Assembly: GCA_051251915.1 (NCBI GenBank) | Contig: JBPOGF010000004.1 | Span: 64,001-128,000 of the forward strand | Length of the DNA stretch: 64,000 bases | Reading direction: 5' to 3' | From: Akkermansiaceae bacterium | Lineage (GTDB): Bacteria > Verrucomicrobiota > Verrucomicrobiia > Verrucomicrobiales > Akkermansiaceae | In this document: positions 1-9,347 of the stretch, one piece after another | Layout of the letters: each line of letters starts with the position of its first letter | Position numbering within the stretch: the stretch's first letter is position 1 | Made by a program: the position numbers and the translations under genes | Notes under the pieces: model-generated | Seen by the model: the letters and a program-made list of their open reading frames with translations, nothing else | The model's database searches: none | What the model was told of the DNA's origin: nothing

Positions 1-1983
1 GAACTCTGGGCGGACGCGTTCTTTGACAGCATCAATGAAGTGTTGCTCAGCGAGGACTGAGTCTTCGAGATCATTGGCTAGGAATCCCATGTTAGAATTT
101 CCAAAGGTGCTGGCTCCTAGGTTGGAGGTCATGATGATGACGGCATTGCTGAAGTCTGCTAAGCGTCCTGCTCCATCAGTCAGACGACCTTCGCCTAGGA
201 CTTGGAGGAAGAGGTCATAGACTTCTGGTGCTGCTTTCTCAAATTCATCTAGGAGGATGACGGAGAAGGGTTGGTCACGGACGGTGGCGGTGAGGATGCC
301 TTCGCCCTGGGAAAAGCTATCGCTCACTAGGCGCTGGGCTGAGTGTGGTGAGCTGTATTCGCTCATGTCGAAACGGACAATGCGCTCCTTTGACCCGTAG
401 AGGAATTCTGCTAGGGACTTGGCTAGTTCGGTTTTGCCTACTCCAGTAGGTCCTATGAACATGAATGTAGCGAGGGGTTTCTTGGGTCTCGTGAGTCTGG
501 TTTTGACCGTAGCGAGCATCTTGGTGACTACTTCTATGCCGGCGTCTTGAGCCATCACTCGTTGGGTAAACCATTCAGTGATTTCGGAGGGGGTGAAAAT
601 GATATCATCATCCAGAATGAGTTTGGGGAGACCGGTCTCCTTGGAGAAAACTTCTACGATGTCAGAGCGCGATATTTTCCTGTCGGAATGTTGTTTGATG
701 AGGCTTTCTAAGAATTGGCAGGGCTTCCCGGGGTAGGCTGAGTAGCTCATGTAGCGGCGGTGAAGCGCGTCAATGTTGTGAATCAGGTCATGCTGTTCCT
801 CTGAGCTGTGTTTGCTGTTAGAGGCATCTGTTAGATATTGATTTCCTACTTTAAGCAGGATGTTTAGAGCTTGGTCAGGTGTTGGCTCAGCGATGGTGAC
901 GCGGTTAAATGCATCGAGAATTTTTGGGTCGTGAGCTTCCAGTGCGCTGAGTTGTTCCTCAGTGCATTCAGCAATTACGATGAGGTCTCCACGCATCATG
1001 TAGGGGCGGAGGTAGCTGGCGATGCTTTCTGAACTGCTGGAGGATTGACCTACTTGCATGAGCTCGAAGAGATTGCCAATGAAGAGGATACTTTTCTCTT
1101 CTGCGAGTTCTGAGACCATGTCGTCGCAACGTTTCTGCCACATGCCGAATCCTGTTTGTCCCGCTACGATTTGGGATCCGCTAGATTTCCAGAGTTTAGG
1201 AAGGTGTTTTGATTCTGAACGTAGCATTTCTTCTACGATAGCAGTTTTTCCTACTCCGCTAGGTCCTACGAGAAGTGCGCTGAAGGGATTTTTTCCTGTG
1301 AGGCATTCTAGTAGGTTTGTGACCTCAGTGGTGCGCTCATAAGCTTGGCGCATATCACCAGTATTCATTTGGCAGGCGACTTCTTTTAGTATAGTTTTCT
1401 GATCTGTTTGATCATCGTAGTTCACCTTGTAGTATTCTAGAGCTGTGTAAGGTCTGGGCTTCCAGGGGGTGAGTTCTACTTCTAGATCATCTGCTTTTGT
1501 GCGCTGGATGAGGGCCATTTCTAGGAGTGACTTGGAGATAGCTCGGCGTTTTACAGCGAAGAGAATTTCCGATTCTATTTTCTCTAACAGCTTGTCATGA
1601 TTCTGGATGATGACCTCGATCTTTAGAGCGGGGATGTAGACGATGATGTCATTGTTCTCTTGTTCCCATTGAAGATAGGGAAGGTGGAGAGTGACTGGCT
1701 TCTTGAAGCCAATCTGAGCAGATTTAGCAGGTTCGACGACGACGTCGATCGATTTAATTTTGTATTCTGTAGGGACAGATCGCTCGTGGAAAACTTGGTT
1801 GTTTTTCTTTTTAAGCAGCTCGGCAGCAAGTGATTTGAGCTGCTTCTGGACCTTATCAGTTTTGTGACCAAAGGTGCTGAGCTCTGGGTAGAATAGTAAT
1901 TCTGACAGCTCTTGGTTTACTCCATTGATAGAACTCTCCAAGGGCTGCTTGATGGACAACACTTCTAGATGGAGATCCTGCAT
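1..1983 (-). CDS. ClpA/ClpB-like double AAA+ ATPase with atypical N-terminus (3' end outside window)
   Basis: Not in ORF track because no stop lies inside the window. Translated by hand in parts from ATG 1983 (MQDLHLEVLSIKQPLES...). Both Walker A motifs are in this frame: GPSGVGKT (~1266-1243) and GPTGVGKTELAKSLAEFLYG..RFDMSEY (~453-355), followed by PFSVILLDEFEKA and DFSNAVIIMTSNLG typical of the Clp D2 domain. Confidence 0.85.
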   Translation of the reverse strand, partial: MQDLHLEVLSIKQPLESSINGVNQELSELLFYPELSTFGHKTDKVQKQLKSLAAELLKKKNNQVFHERSVPTEYKIKSIDVVVEPAKSAQIGFKKPVTLHLPYLQWEQENNDIIVYIPALKIEVIIQNHDKLLEKIESEILFAVKRRAISKSLLEMALIQRTKADDLEVELTPWKPRPYTALEYYKVNYDDQTDQKTILKEVACQMNTGDMRQAYERTTEVTNLLECLTGKNPFSALLVGPSGVGKTAIVEEMLRSESKHLPKLWKSSGSQIVAGQTGFGMWQKRCDDMVSELAEEKSILFIGNLFELMQVGQSSSSSESIASYLRPYMMRGDLIVIAECTEEQLSALEAHDPKILDAFNRVTIAEPTPDQALNILLKVGNQYLTDASNSKHSSEEQHDLIHNIDALHRRYMSYSAYPGKPCQFLESLIKQHSDRKISRSDIVEVFSKETGLPKLILDDDIIFTPSEITEWFTQRVMAQDAGIEVVTKMLATVKTRLTRPKKPLATFMFIGPTGVGKTELAKSLAEFLYGSKERIVRFDMSEYSSPHSAQRLVSDSFSQGEGILTATVRDQPFSVILLDEFEKAAPEVYDLFLQVLGEGRLTDGAGRLADFSNAVIIMTSNLGASTFGNSNMGFLANDLEDSVLAEQHFIDAVKERVRPEF

Positions 1984-2009
1984 AAGTGGAGGTTATCCAC
2001 AGGATCTAG

Positions 2010-2579
2010 CTATAGCAAGTCAACGTTGTTGTAGATGGTGCTGCTGGTGAGTGTGGAGTCAGTGCAGCTTAGGGCAGTTTCGAAATCGTCGCCTGTTAGG
2101 AATTCAGGTTCCCAGTTATTCTCTCTTCTTACTATGATGACTTCTTTACGATCTTGAGCGACGAGGATGTATTCCTGTAGGGATGGGATACTGGTGTAAG
2201 CTAGGAACTTTTCGTTGCGGTCGATGCGCTCGGTGGAGTCAGAAAGAACTTCGAATATTGTAGTGGGCTTTTCTAGGTATAGGGGATGATCTCCAGCTTT
2301 ATCGCAGCTGACTACAACGTCAGGATAGTAGTAACTTTCATTCGAGAGAGTTTTAACCTGAACTTTGACATCATTGATGAATGGGCGACAGGGTGATCCT
2401 GACAAAGCTTGATTGAGGGATGAAGCAATGTTTAGCGAGATGGTATTATGATTCAGAGTGCCTCCTGACATGGCATAAACGACGCCGTCTATGTACTCAT
2501 GTCTAACCTCTGAAACAATTTCTCCCTCCAGATATTCTTCAGGTGTGATGAGAGAGTTTATTTTCAGAGTGGAGCTCAT
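2010..2579 (-). CDS. Uma2/DUF820 family putative restriction-like endonuclease
   Basis: EEYL..E..SEVRHEYIDG, YYYPDVVVSC, FEVLSDST..DR.EKF.AY..IPSLQEYILVAQD motifs. Confidence 0.85.
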   Translation of the reverse strand: MSSTLKINSLITPEEYLEGEIVSEVRHEYIDGVVYAMSGGTLNHNTISLNIASSLNQALSGSPCRPFINDVKVQVKTLSNESYYYPDVVVSCDKAGDHPLYLEKPTTIFEVLSDSTERIDRNEKFLAYTSIPSLQEYILVAQDRKEVIIVRRENNWEPEFLTGDDFETALSCTDSTLTSSTIYNNVDLL

Positions 2580-2635
2580 TACTGTAAGTATAGGTTATAT
2601 ACTATCTTTTACAATAGAGAATGTTGTGTGTTGTT

Positions 2636-3913
2636 CTATGAAGATATTTCCTCGGAGCCGAAGTATGGGACCAGGGCTGCGGGGATTTTGATGGTGCCGT
2701 CTGGTTGTTGGTTTTGCTCGATGAGGGCTACGTAGAGTCTTGGAAGGGCGGTGCCTGAGCCGTTTAGGGTGTGGCAGAATTGGTTTTTGCCGTCTGCGTC
2801 TTTGTAGCGGAGCTTCATGCGGCGGGCTTGGTAGTCGCCGAAGTTTGAACAGCTTGAGACTTCGAGGTATTTGCCTTGGCCGGGTGCCCAGACTTCGATG
2901 TCGTAGGTTTTGAGTGAGCTGAATCCGACGTCTCCGGTGCAGAGTTCGATGGTGCGGTAGTGGAGGCCCAGCTTTTGGAGAACGGCTTCGGCGTGGCCGG
3001 TTAGCTCTTCTAGGACTTGCATAGATGTTTCTGGGACGACTGCTTGGACGAGTTCTACTTTATCAAACTGGTGCATGCGGATGATACCTTTGTTGTCGCG
3101 TCCTGCACTGCCAGCTTCACGGCGGAAGCATGGAGTGTGGGCGGTCATTTTGATAGGGAGATCAGATTCGTTTTGGATGGTGTCGCGGAGGAGGTTGGTG
3201 ACTGGGACTTCTGCTGTAGGGGCGAGGAACATTTCGTTGTCTTCGATGCCGTACATGTCGTCTTCGAATTTAGGGAGCTGACCGGTGCCTTCCATGCAGT
3301 AGCGTCTGATGATGTGTGGGACGTTGACTTCTGTGTAGCCGTGTTCTTCTGTCTGTAGATCGAGAAGGAAGCCGATGAGTGCGCGTTCGAGTTTGGCACC
3401 TTTTCCACGATACATGGCGAAGCCAGAGCCGGAGATTTTGGCGGCGGCTTCAAAGTCGATGAGGCCGTGTTTTTCTGCGAGTTGGACGTGGTCTAGAGGA
3501 TCTGTGATTTCTGGTTTGTCTCCCCAAATCCTTACCTCTGGGTTGTCGTTTTCATCCTTGCCGATAGGGCAGTCTGCGTAGGGGACGTTGGGGATGGTCA
3601 TGAGGAGGTAGTTTAGCTTGGTGCTGACTTCCTCGCTTTGAGTTTCTAGTTCCTTGATCTTCTCTCCGATTTCTTTGACGGCTGCTTTGGCTGTTTCGGC
3701 AGCATCTTTTTCGCCTTTCGCCATGAGTGCTCCGATGTTTTTTGAGGCGGTGTTTCGCTCAGACTGTAGGACTTGTTTGTCTGTTTCTATTTTTCTGCGA
3801 GATTCATCGTGGACAAGTACTTGGTCGATAAGTGTGTGTGCATCGCCTCCGCGGGTGGCGAGTCTTGTTTTGATCTGTTCTGCGTTTTCGCGGATGTCTT
3901 TGATGTCTAGCAT
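2636..3913 (-). CDS. serS: Seryl-tRNA synthetase
   Basis: MLDIKDIREN N-terminal coiled arm, PTAEVP, CFRREAGSAGRD..GIIRMHQFDKVEL, EVSSCSN, TLNGSG. Confidence 0.98.
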   Translation of the reverse strand: MLDIKDIRENAEQIKTRLATRGGDAHTLIDQVLVHDESRRKIETDKQVLQSERNTASKNIGALMAKGEKDAAETAKAAVKEIGEKIKELETQSEEVSTKLNYLLMTIPNVPYADCPIGKDENDNPEVRIWGDKPEITDPLDHVQLAEKHGLIDFEAAAKISGSGFAMYRGKGAKLERALIGFLLDLQTEEHGYTEVNVPHIIRRYCMEGTGQLPKFEDDMYGIEDNEMFLAPTAEVPVTNLLRDTIQNESDLPIKMTAHTPCFRREAGSAGRDNKGIIRMHQFDKVELVQAVVPETSMQVLEELTGHAEAVLQKLGLHYRTIELCTGDVGFSSLKTYDIEVWAPGQGKYLEVSSCSNFGDYQARRMKLRYKDADGKNQFCHTLNGSGTALPRLYVALIEQNQQPDGTIKIPAALVPYFGSEEISS

Positions 3914-3997
3914 GGCTAATAGTTTGTGATAGATTGGTTTCTGGGCAGAGGCATAGCGTAACTGCTATGAATTACCAGTGAAGAAAGAAATTTTTGG

Positions 3998-4342
3998 TTA
4001 GCTCTGTACTTTCTTTACGAAGCAGGCTTTGAGGTTGATGGCGATTCCGTTCATGCGGCATGAGATCTCGTGGTCGCCGTCTTGGATGCTGATGGGCTTT
4101 GATTTGGTGCCGCTTTTGAGGACGTCTGATGAGCCTTTCATTTTGATATCTTTGATCATCTGGACGACGTCACCTTTTTCGAGGACGTTTCCGTAGGCGT
4201 CTTTGACGATGCGCTCTTCTGGTGCATCATCGTCTGGAACGTCTTTGCGGTCCCATTCGTGGCCACAGGTCATACATTCGTAAATTTTCTCGTGAGTGAG
4301 GACATCGTCCACCGTGCATAATGGGCATGATAATTCTGACAT
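3998..4342 (-). CDS. phnA: PhnA/YjdM-family zinc-ribbon protein
   Basis: CPLC...CMTCGHEW zinc ribbon, VKDAYGNVL..GD.V..IKDIK.KGSS, LKACFVKK; start moved to ATG 4342 (MSELSC). Confidence 0.85.
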   Translation of the reverse strand: MSELSCPLCTVDDVLTHEKIYECMTCGHEWDRKDVPDDDAPEERIVKDAYGNVLEKGDVVQMIKDIKMKGSSDVLKSGTKSKPISIQDGDHEISCRMNGIAINLKACFVKKVQS

Positions 4343-4377
4343 GGGGGGATCTAATAGGACTGATAGGGATTTTGCAA

Positions 4378-4914
4378 CTATGCAATGGGGTCTGGGCAAA
4401 ATTTTCGTCGTAGGCACTTGAGGCAATGGTCGCCTAGGTAGAGGGAGTCAATCCAGTCGATGAGAGGGGAGACGTGTTGCTGTTCGTCAGTGAGGATGCC
4501 GGCTTCGAAGTTACGTTTGTCTGGGGATTTGGCGCCTAGTCCGGCGCCGGTTAGATTTGCGGAGGTAATGAATGCTGTTTTGCCGTCTATGACGATGGCC
4601 TTGGTGTGGACGCGAGGGCAGAGGATGCGCTCGAAGAGGTCGCTCTCTACGAGGGCGGGGTATTTATCGAAGTCTCTGCGGAATCTGGGGCCGGGTTCTT
4701 TGGCGTGGATGAGGCGGATGGCTACTCCTTGCTGAACGAGGTCGCTGAGGATTTCTAGGAAAGGGACGAAGCGTTGGCGTTTTCCTTTGAGGCCTTTTCC
4801 TACGTGGAGGTCTTTGATGTCGGCGGTGACGATCCAGAGGAATTTCTGAGCATTTGGCACTAGGTCAGCGATGACTCGGTGGTAGATGGCTTCGTTGAGT
4901 AGTAGTTCGGTCAC
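4378..4914 (-). CDS. Phospholipase D-like (single HKD) nuclease-family protein
   Basis: HTKAIVID...TSANLT...NFEAG motif; C-terminal CLKC..RKFC. Confidence 0.8.
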   Translation of the reverse strand: MTELLLNEAIYHRVIADLVPNAQKFLWIVTADIKDLHVGKGLKGKRQRFVPFLEILSDLVQQGVAIRLIHAKEPGPRFRRDFDKYPALVESDLFERILCPRVHTKAIVIDGKTAFITSANLTGAGLGAKSPDKRNFEAGILTDEQQHVSPLIDWIDSLYLGDHCLKCLRRKFCPDPIA

Positions 4915-5167
4915 CTCAAGAGTATGGTTATACTTGGGTGGAAGTCAGTTAAAATCTTTTTGTGAAATTTAGGCGGATTTGGTCTCATGATGCATACATC
5001 ACTTTGTTCTCGGCTCTGATCGTTCTTGGCGGCAGCCTACTGGTATAGGTATGTGGCTACGTCTTGCAGGAAATAAAAAACACTTGGTGATTTGTCTTAT
5101 TTTTTTACTATTTGGTACAAAAGCTCACTGCAAATCAGAAGAGATGGTAGTAGTTTTATCTATATGA

Positions 5168-5202
5168 ATAAAAGACTGCGCCACAAGTGACGCAGTCTTT
5201 AT
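5168..5202. terminator. Hairpin, probable intrinsic terminator
   Basis: AAAGACTGCG-CCACAAGTGA-CGCAGTCTTT inverted repeat with A/T flanks. Confidence 0.6.
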
Positions 5203-5235
5203 GTGATTGTCTATTGTATCGATAATCACGGTATT

Positions 5236-5385
5236 GTATATTATGGGGGTGATATATTATGGGGAGTATATTATGGGGGTATATATTATGGGGGTATATA
5301 TTATGGGGGTATATATTATGGGGGGATATATTATGGGGGGATATATATTATGGGGGGATATTATGGGGGGATAAATTATGGGGGA
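5236..5385. repeat. Tandem array of 10 x 15-bp units, consensus ATATATTATGGGGG(T/G)
   Basis: TTATGGGG cores start at 5241, 5257, 5271, 5286, 5301, 5316, 5331, 5348, 5361, 5376. Confidence 0.95.
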
Positions 5386-5642
5386 TGATTATTGTCTTCT
5401 CTTTCGAGAGAGAGTGTCTGCTGCTCTTGTAGCGTTAAAGTAAGTGGTGTTTGGTTCAGGTGCGAAGATTGATTTCTGATTGTTATGATCGTGTTGGTAA
5501 TTCCGGAGAGTTACCAGAGGTTGCTGTTGTTTCCATTTGCTTCATTGGAGCCGCTTACACTGTTCGCAGTAGTTTGAATAGCTGTGGATAGCCATACAGG
5601 TGCGTAAAGTAGGGAGGCGGCAATAATTTTATATTTATTCAT
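5376..5642 (-). pseudogene. Possible decayed secreted-protein gene
   Basis: ATG 5642 gives MNKYKIIAASLLYAPVWLSTA.. (signal-peptide-like), in-frame TAA at 5511-5513, then the frame continues to a TAA inside the repeat array. Confidence 0.3.
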
Positions 5643-5973
5643 GTTTCGTGAAGCTGAACTGTTAATAATTTATAAAAATAAGTTAAAGTTTGCAATATTT
5701 TAAATATAGTTCATTTTGTTGTATGTTTATAAGTAATTTAAACACAAAGAATTGTTGTGAATTATGCTTCGATCCATAAGTTATGGAGTATGATTTTTTT
5801 ATTTAATGATAATTAACTATCTTTTCCATATGATTATCAAACTTAAGCCTGTTAAGCTAATAAGTAGAAAGAAGTTGGTTCAGTCTGGTGCTTAGTGAAG
5901 GATAGCTAACTGAAATTATTTTTTATCTTGAAATCAAGCTGTTTAGGTAGTGAATATGGGTTATTATTCACTT

Positions 5974-6429
5974 ATGACAGCAGAAGTTAACATCACACAT
6001 ATTAGCCTACGAGTAGTATTGGGGGCTATTTTTATGTGGGCGGGGACGATGAAGGTTCTTGATCTGGATTGGTTTGTGGAGACAGTTGGGTATTTTGAAA
6101 TTTCTCCGTTTAATGCGGCACCTTGGGATATGTGGTTGGGATATATGCTGCCGGTTTTTGAGATATTGGTGGGGGCGGCGTTGATTTTGGGGATACTACT
6201 GAGGGGGGCGATGTTGAGTGTATTGGTGTTAACGGTAGGGTTTCTTGTGGCGGTTATTTCTGCCGAGATGCGGGGATTGAATATTGAGTGTGGGTGTTTT
6301 GGTAAGGCGTTGTCATTTGAGAATTACTTTGTGCATATTGCCGTATTGGTGGTTATGGCGTTAATGGCGTTGGTGCTAGTGATTCTGGAAATGAGGGGTC
6401 AGGTGCGGGATCAGAAGAGGCTGGCGTAA
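5974..6429 (+). CDS. MauE/DoxX-family membrane protein
   Basis: LRVVLGAIFMWAG..K, LPVFEILVG, GLNIECGCFG motif; four hydrophobic segments. Confidence 0.85.
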   Translation: MTAEVNITHISLRVVLGAIFMWAGTMKVLDLDWFVETVGYFEISPFNAAPWDMWLGYMLPVFEILVGAALILGILLRGAMLSVLVLTVGFLVAVISAEMRGLNIECGCFGKALSFENYFVHIAVLVVMALMALVLVILEMRGQVRDQKRLA

Positions 6430-6944
6430 CGTTCTTTTAGCTCGGCTTGCCATTTTTCTAGGAATGCTAGATCGCGAGCTGGGCTGGCTAGGTTTTCTAT
6501 TTGAGTCGCTTTTTCCAGGGTAGAGGATTTTTCGGTTTCGATGCTGTCGATTTGGTGTCCGAGTTTTTCTTGGAGGAGTTGGGATTCTGGTTCTAGTAGT
6601 GCTAGGCCTAGTGCGGATGTGGTGGTGGATTTCTTGCGCAGAAATTGATCGGTGTCTTGGAGGAGTTGGGCGGTGGACATGAAGAGGTCCATGAGGTGGT
6701 CACTGACTGTGCCGCGTTTCTCGTAGGTGATGCCTGCGAGTTCTAGGAGGTGGGTGAGTCTTTTGGAGGGTGACTTGAGGGTGGCGTAGGCGGTGTTGAT
6801 TAGTTTGTATTGGGTGTCATTACCGTCGTTTCCTGGGCTGTCTGGGTGGTGTTTTGCGGCGAGTTTCTTGTGGTGGTCGGATAGTTGAGTTAGGTCGATT
6901 TCGGTCGATTGCGCTATGTCTAACAGTTTGAAATAATTTTCCAT
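6411..6944 (-). CDS. hscB: HscB-like J-domain co-chaperone
   Basis: MENYFKLL start (ATG 6944), HHPD J-motif, INTAYATLKSP.KR, helical C-terminal domain. Confidence 0.7.
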   Translation of the reverse strand: MENYFKLLDIAQSTEIDLTQLSDHHKKLAAKHHPDSPGNDGNDTQYKLINTAYATLKSPSKRLTHLLELAGITYEKRGTVSDHLMDLFMSTAQLLQDTDQFLRKKSTTTSALGLALLEPESQLLQEKLGHQIDSIETEKSSTLEKATQIENLASPARDLAFLEKWQAELKERYASLF

Positions 6945-6949
6945 GTGGT

Positions 6950-7738
6950 TTACTTGGCTAGATGGTTTAGGGCGCGCTGGGCGGCGAAGAGGCCGAGGGT
7001 GGCGGTCATGTGGGTGACGCTGCCGAAGCCTGATGCGCAATTGAGGCGCATGCTGTTAGATTGATCTGTGTCGCATTCTTCGGCGGCTGGGAAGACTGCG
7101 GGTTCATCGAAGAAGATGGCTTCGATGTTGAATTTTGGGGCTTTGTAATTTACGGCTTTTGGGAATCCGAACTTGCATCTGAGGCGTGTTCTTACTTTGT
7201 GAATGAGTGCGTCACGGGTGACTTTGGAGATGTCTGCTACTCTGATGCGGGTTGGGTCAATTTTTCCTCCGGCACCTCCGCAGGTTACTACGGGGATGTT
7301 GCGTCTGGTGCAATCGGCGATGAGGAATGTTTTTTGCATCATGAGGTCGATGGCGTCGATGACGAAGTCGTAGCCGGAGGAGAGGAGGCGGTCGGCGGTT
7401 TTTTCGTTGAAGAACGTTTGTTCGCAGATGACGTCGCATTCTGGGTTAATGAGTCGGATGCGTTCTGCCATGGCGTCTGTCTTTTGTTTGCCGATTTCTC
7501 CATCCATGGCGTGGAGTTGGCGGTTGATGTTGGTGACGCAGACTTCATCGAGGTCGACCATGGTGATTTTGCCGATGCCTGATCTGGCGAGTGATTCAGC
7601 TGCCCAGGAGCCTACGCCGCCGATGCCGATGACGGCTACGTGGGATTGGGTGAATTTCTCTAGGGCGGGGGTTCCGTAGAGTCGTGCAATTCCGCCAAAC
7701 CTGTCGATAGTGGTTTGAGATAATGTGGAGCTGGGCAT
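6950..7738 (-). CDS. tcdA: tRNA threonylcarbamoyladenosine dehydratase (ThiF/E1-like)
   Basis: RFGGIARLYG, GIGGVGSWAAESLARSG, TNINRQ, GGAGGKIDPT, LNCASGFGS. Confidence 0.92.
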   Translation of the reverse strand: MPSSTLSQTTIDRFGGIARLYGTPALEKFTQSHVAVIGIGGVGSWAAESLARSGIGKITMVDLDEVCVTNINRQLHAMDGEIGKQKTDAMAERIRLINPECDVICEQTFFNEKTADRLLSSGYDFVIDAIDLMMQKTFLIADCTRRNIPVVTCGGAGGKIDPTRIRVADISKVTRDALIHKVRTRLRCKFGFPKAVNYKAPKFNIEAIFFDEPAVFPAAEECDTDQSNSMRLNCASGFGSVTHMTATLGLFAAQRALNHLAK

Positions 7739-7753
7739 GGTGATCTAGGAGTT

Positions 7754-7782
7754 AAAAAGCCTCCTAGTGTGAGTAGGAGGCT
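7754..7782 (-). terminator. Intrinsic terminator after rhlE
   Basis: Minus strand reads AGCCTCCTA-loop-TAGGAGGCT-TTTT. Confidence 0.75.
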
Positions 7783-7811
7783 GGATGAAATTTTAGTGTG
7801 ATGAGTGGTGG

Positions 7812-9170
7812 TTAACTTCTTCTGCGTCTGGTGGATGATCTTCTTCTAGATGTGGAAGATGGTGCGGATGAGTTAGATCCTGGGCCGGATGATTTTTTGG
7901 CGTTTCCGCCTTGGCCTCTTCCTCCGCCGCCATTGCGTGGGGGTCTTGGTCCGCGTTGTTGTCTGGCTTGTTTTTTGCGCTCAGCGTCTGCCTTTTGAAC
8001 TTCTGAGGCACTTGGTGCGCGGTCTGGCCAGTGATCCGGGATGAAATTTTCATCGGTGAGGAGTGGGATTTTCTTGCTGATGAGTTTCTCGATGTCCTTG
8101 AGGAATGCACGCTCGTTGTTACAGACGAGTGAGATAGCTTCGCCGCTTTGACCAGCTCTTCCTGTGCGGCCGATACGGTGCACGTAGTCAGCGGGGACAT
8201 TTGGTAGCTCGTAGTTGATGACGTGCGGTAAGTAAGCGATGTCTAGCCCACGTGCTGCGATGTCTGTGGCTACGAGGACTCTAACAGAGTTGTTCTTGAA
8301 CCCTTGAAGAGCGCGTTCGCGTGCTCCTTGAGATTTGTTTCCGTGGATAGCGCTAGAGGATATTCCTGCGTTTTCTAGTTTTCCACTGAGGCGGTTTGCA
8401 CCGTGTTTGGTCTTGGTGAAGATGAGGACTTGGTTCCATTCGCCTTGATTGATGAGGTGGATGGCTAGGTCTGCTTTTGCGCCAGCATCACAGCGGTAGG
8501 CTGACTGCTCTACGCGTTCTGCGGTGGTGTTCTGGGCTGCTACTTCTACGGTGACAGGGTTATTTAGAAACTGTTTCGAGATGACCTTGATTTCCTTTGA
8601 GAAGGTGGCGGAGAAGAGGAGCGTTTGACGTTTTTTAGGGATGTAGTTCATCACCTTTTTGATGTCGTTGATGAAGCCCATGTCGAGCATTCTGTCTGCT
8701 TCATCTAGCACGAGAATTTCTACATTGCTGAGGTCGCAGGCGCGCTGTTGGCAGAGGTCTAGTAGGCGTCCTGGAGTGGCGACTAGCATGTCGATTCCTT
8801 GCTTGAGCTTGTTGATTTGTGGTTTGATGTTCACGCCGCCGAAGACAACGAGGCTCTTCAAATGAAGGTGGCTGCCGTATTCGTCGATGTTTGCTTTGAT
8901 CTGAGCAGCTAGCTCACGGGTAGGGGTGAGGACGAGTGCTCTGACTGATCTGCGGTCATTTCTGGCTGGGTTTTCAGAGAGTTTGTGGAGGATGGGAAGG
9001 GTGAAGCCTGCTGTCTTACCTGTGCCTGTCTGGGCGGCGGCTAGGACGTCTTTTCCAGCGAGAACTGGAGGGATGGCTTGTGCTTGGATGGGAGATGGGA
9101 TTTCGTATCCTTTGTCCGTGACTGCACGGAGGATTTTATCAGATAGGCCTAAGTCGGCGAAGGTATTCAT
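7812..9170 (-). CDS. rhlE: DEAD-box RNA helicase (RhlE-like)
   Basis: [36 protein letters not shown]; basic Gly/Arg/Ser tail. Confidence 0.92.
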   Translation of the reverse strand: MNTFADLGLSDKILRAVTDKGYEIPSPIQAQAIPPVLAGKDVLAAAQTGTGKTAGFTLPILHKLSENPARNDRRSVRALVLTPTRELAAQIKANIDEYGSHLHLKSLVVFGGVNIKPQINKLKQGIDMLVATPGRLLDLCQQRACDLSNVEILVLDEADRMLDMGFINDIKKVMNYIPKKRQTLLFSATFSKEIKVISKQFLNNPVTVEVAAQNTTAERVEQSAYRCDAGAKADLAIHLINQGEWNQVLIFTKTKHGANRLSGKLENAGISSSAIHGNKSQGARERALQGFKNNSVRVLVATDIAARGLDIAYLPHVINYELPNVPADYVHRIGRTGRAGQSGEAISLVCNNERAFLKDIEKLISKKIPLLTDENFIPDHWPDRAPSASEVQKADAERKKQARQQRGPRPPRNGGGGRGQGGNAKKSSGPGSNSSAPSSTSRRRSSTRRRRS

Positions 9171-9347
9171 ATTTCAAAAAAAGTTAGAAAATTGTCCGCT
9201 TCAGCAACCTAGTGTGGCTGAGCGTGGGCGCACACTAGCTTATTTTCTTCTAATTGATAGAAGAAAGTGATTTTTTGGGCGAGTTGTATGTTCTTTACTC
9301 GTTCATTTGCAGAATCTTGGGTTGATTCAGGTGGGGTTTTATAGTGG

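Noticed and set aside
23..1871. Short ORF-track entries at 23-220, 317-574, 1058-1342 and 1623-1871
   Set aside because: They are shadows of the long minus-strand Clp-like gene.
2010..2579. Uma2 gene as part of a mobile or restriction-modification element
   Set aside because: No methylase, integrase or flanking repeats are present; such genes are commonly scattered singly.
5236..5385. CRISPR interpretation of the tandem array
   Set aside because: There are no unique spacers, the unit is only 15 bp, and no cas genes are nearby.
9197..9238. Two alternative hairpins upstream of rhlE as a possible thermoswitch
   Set aside because: The stems are short, and one arm probably lies in the promoter and would not be transcribed; support is insufficient.
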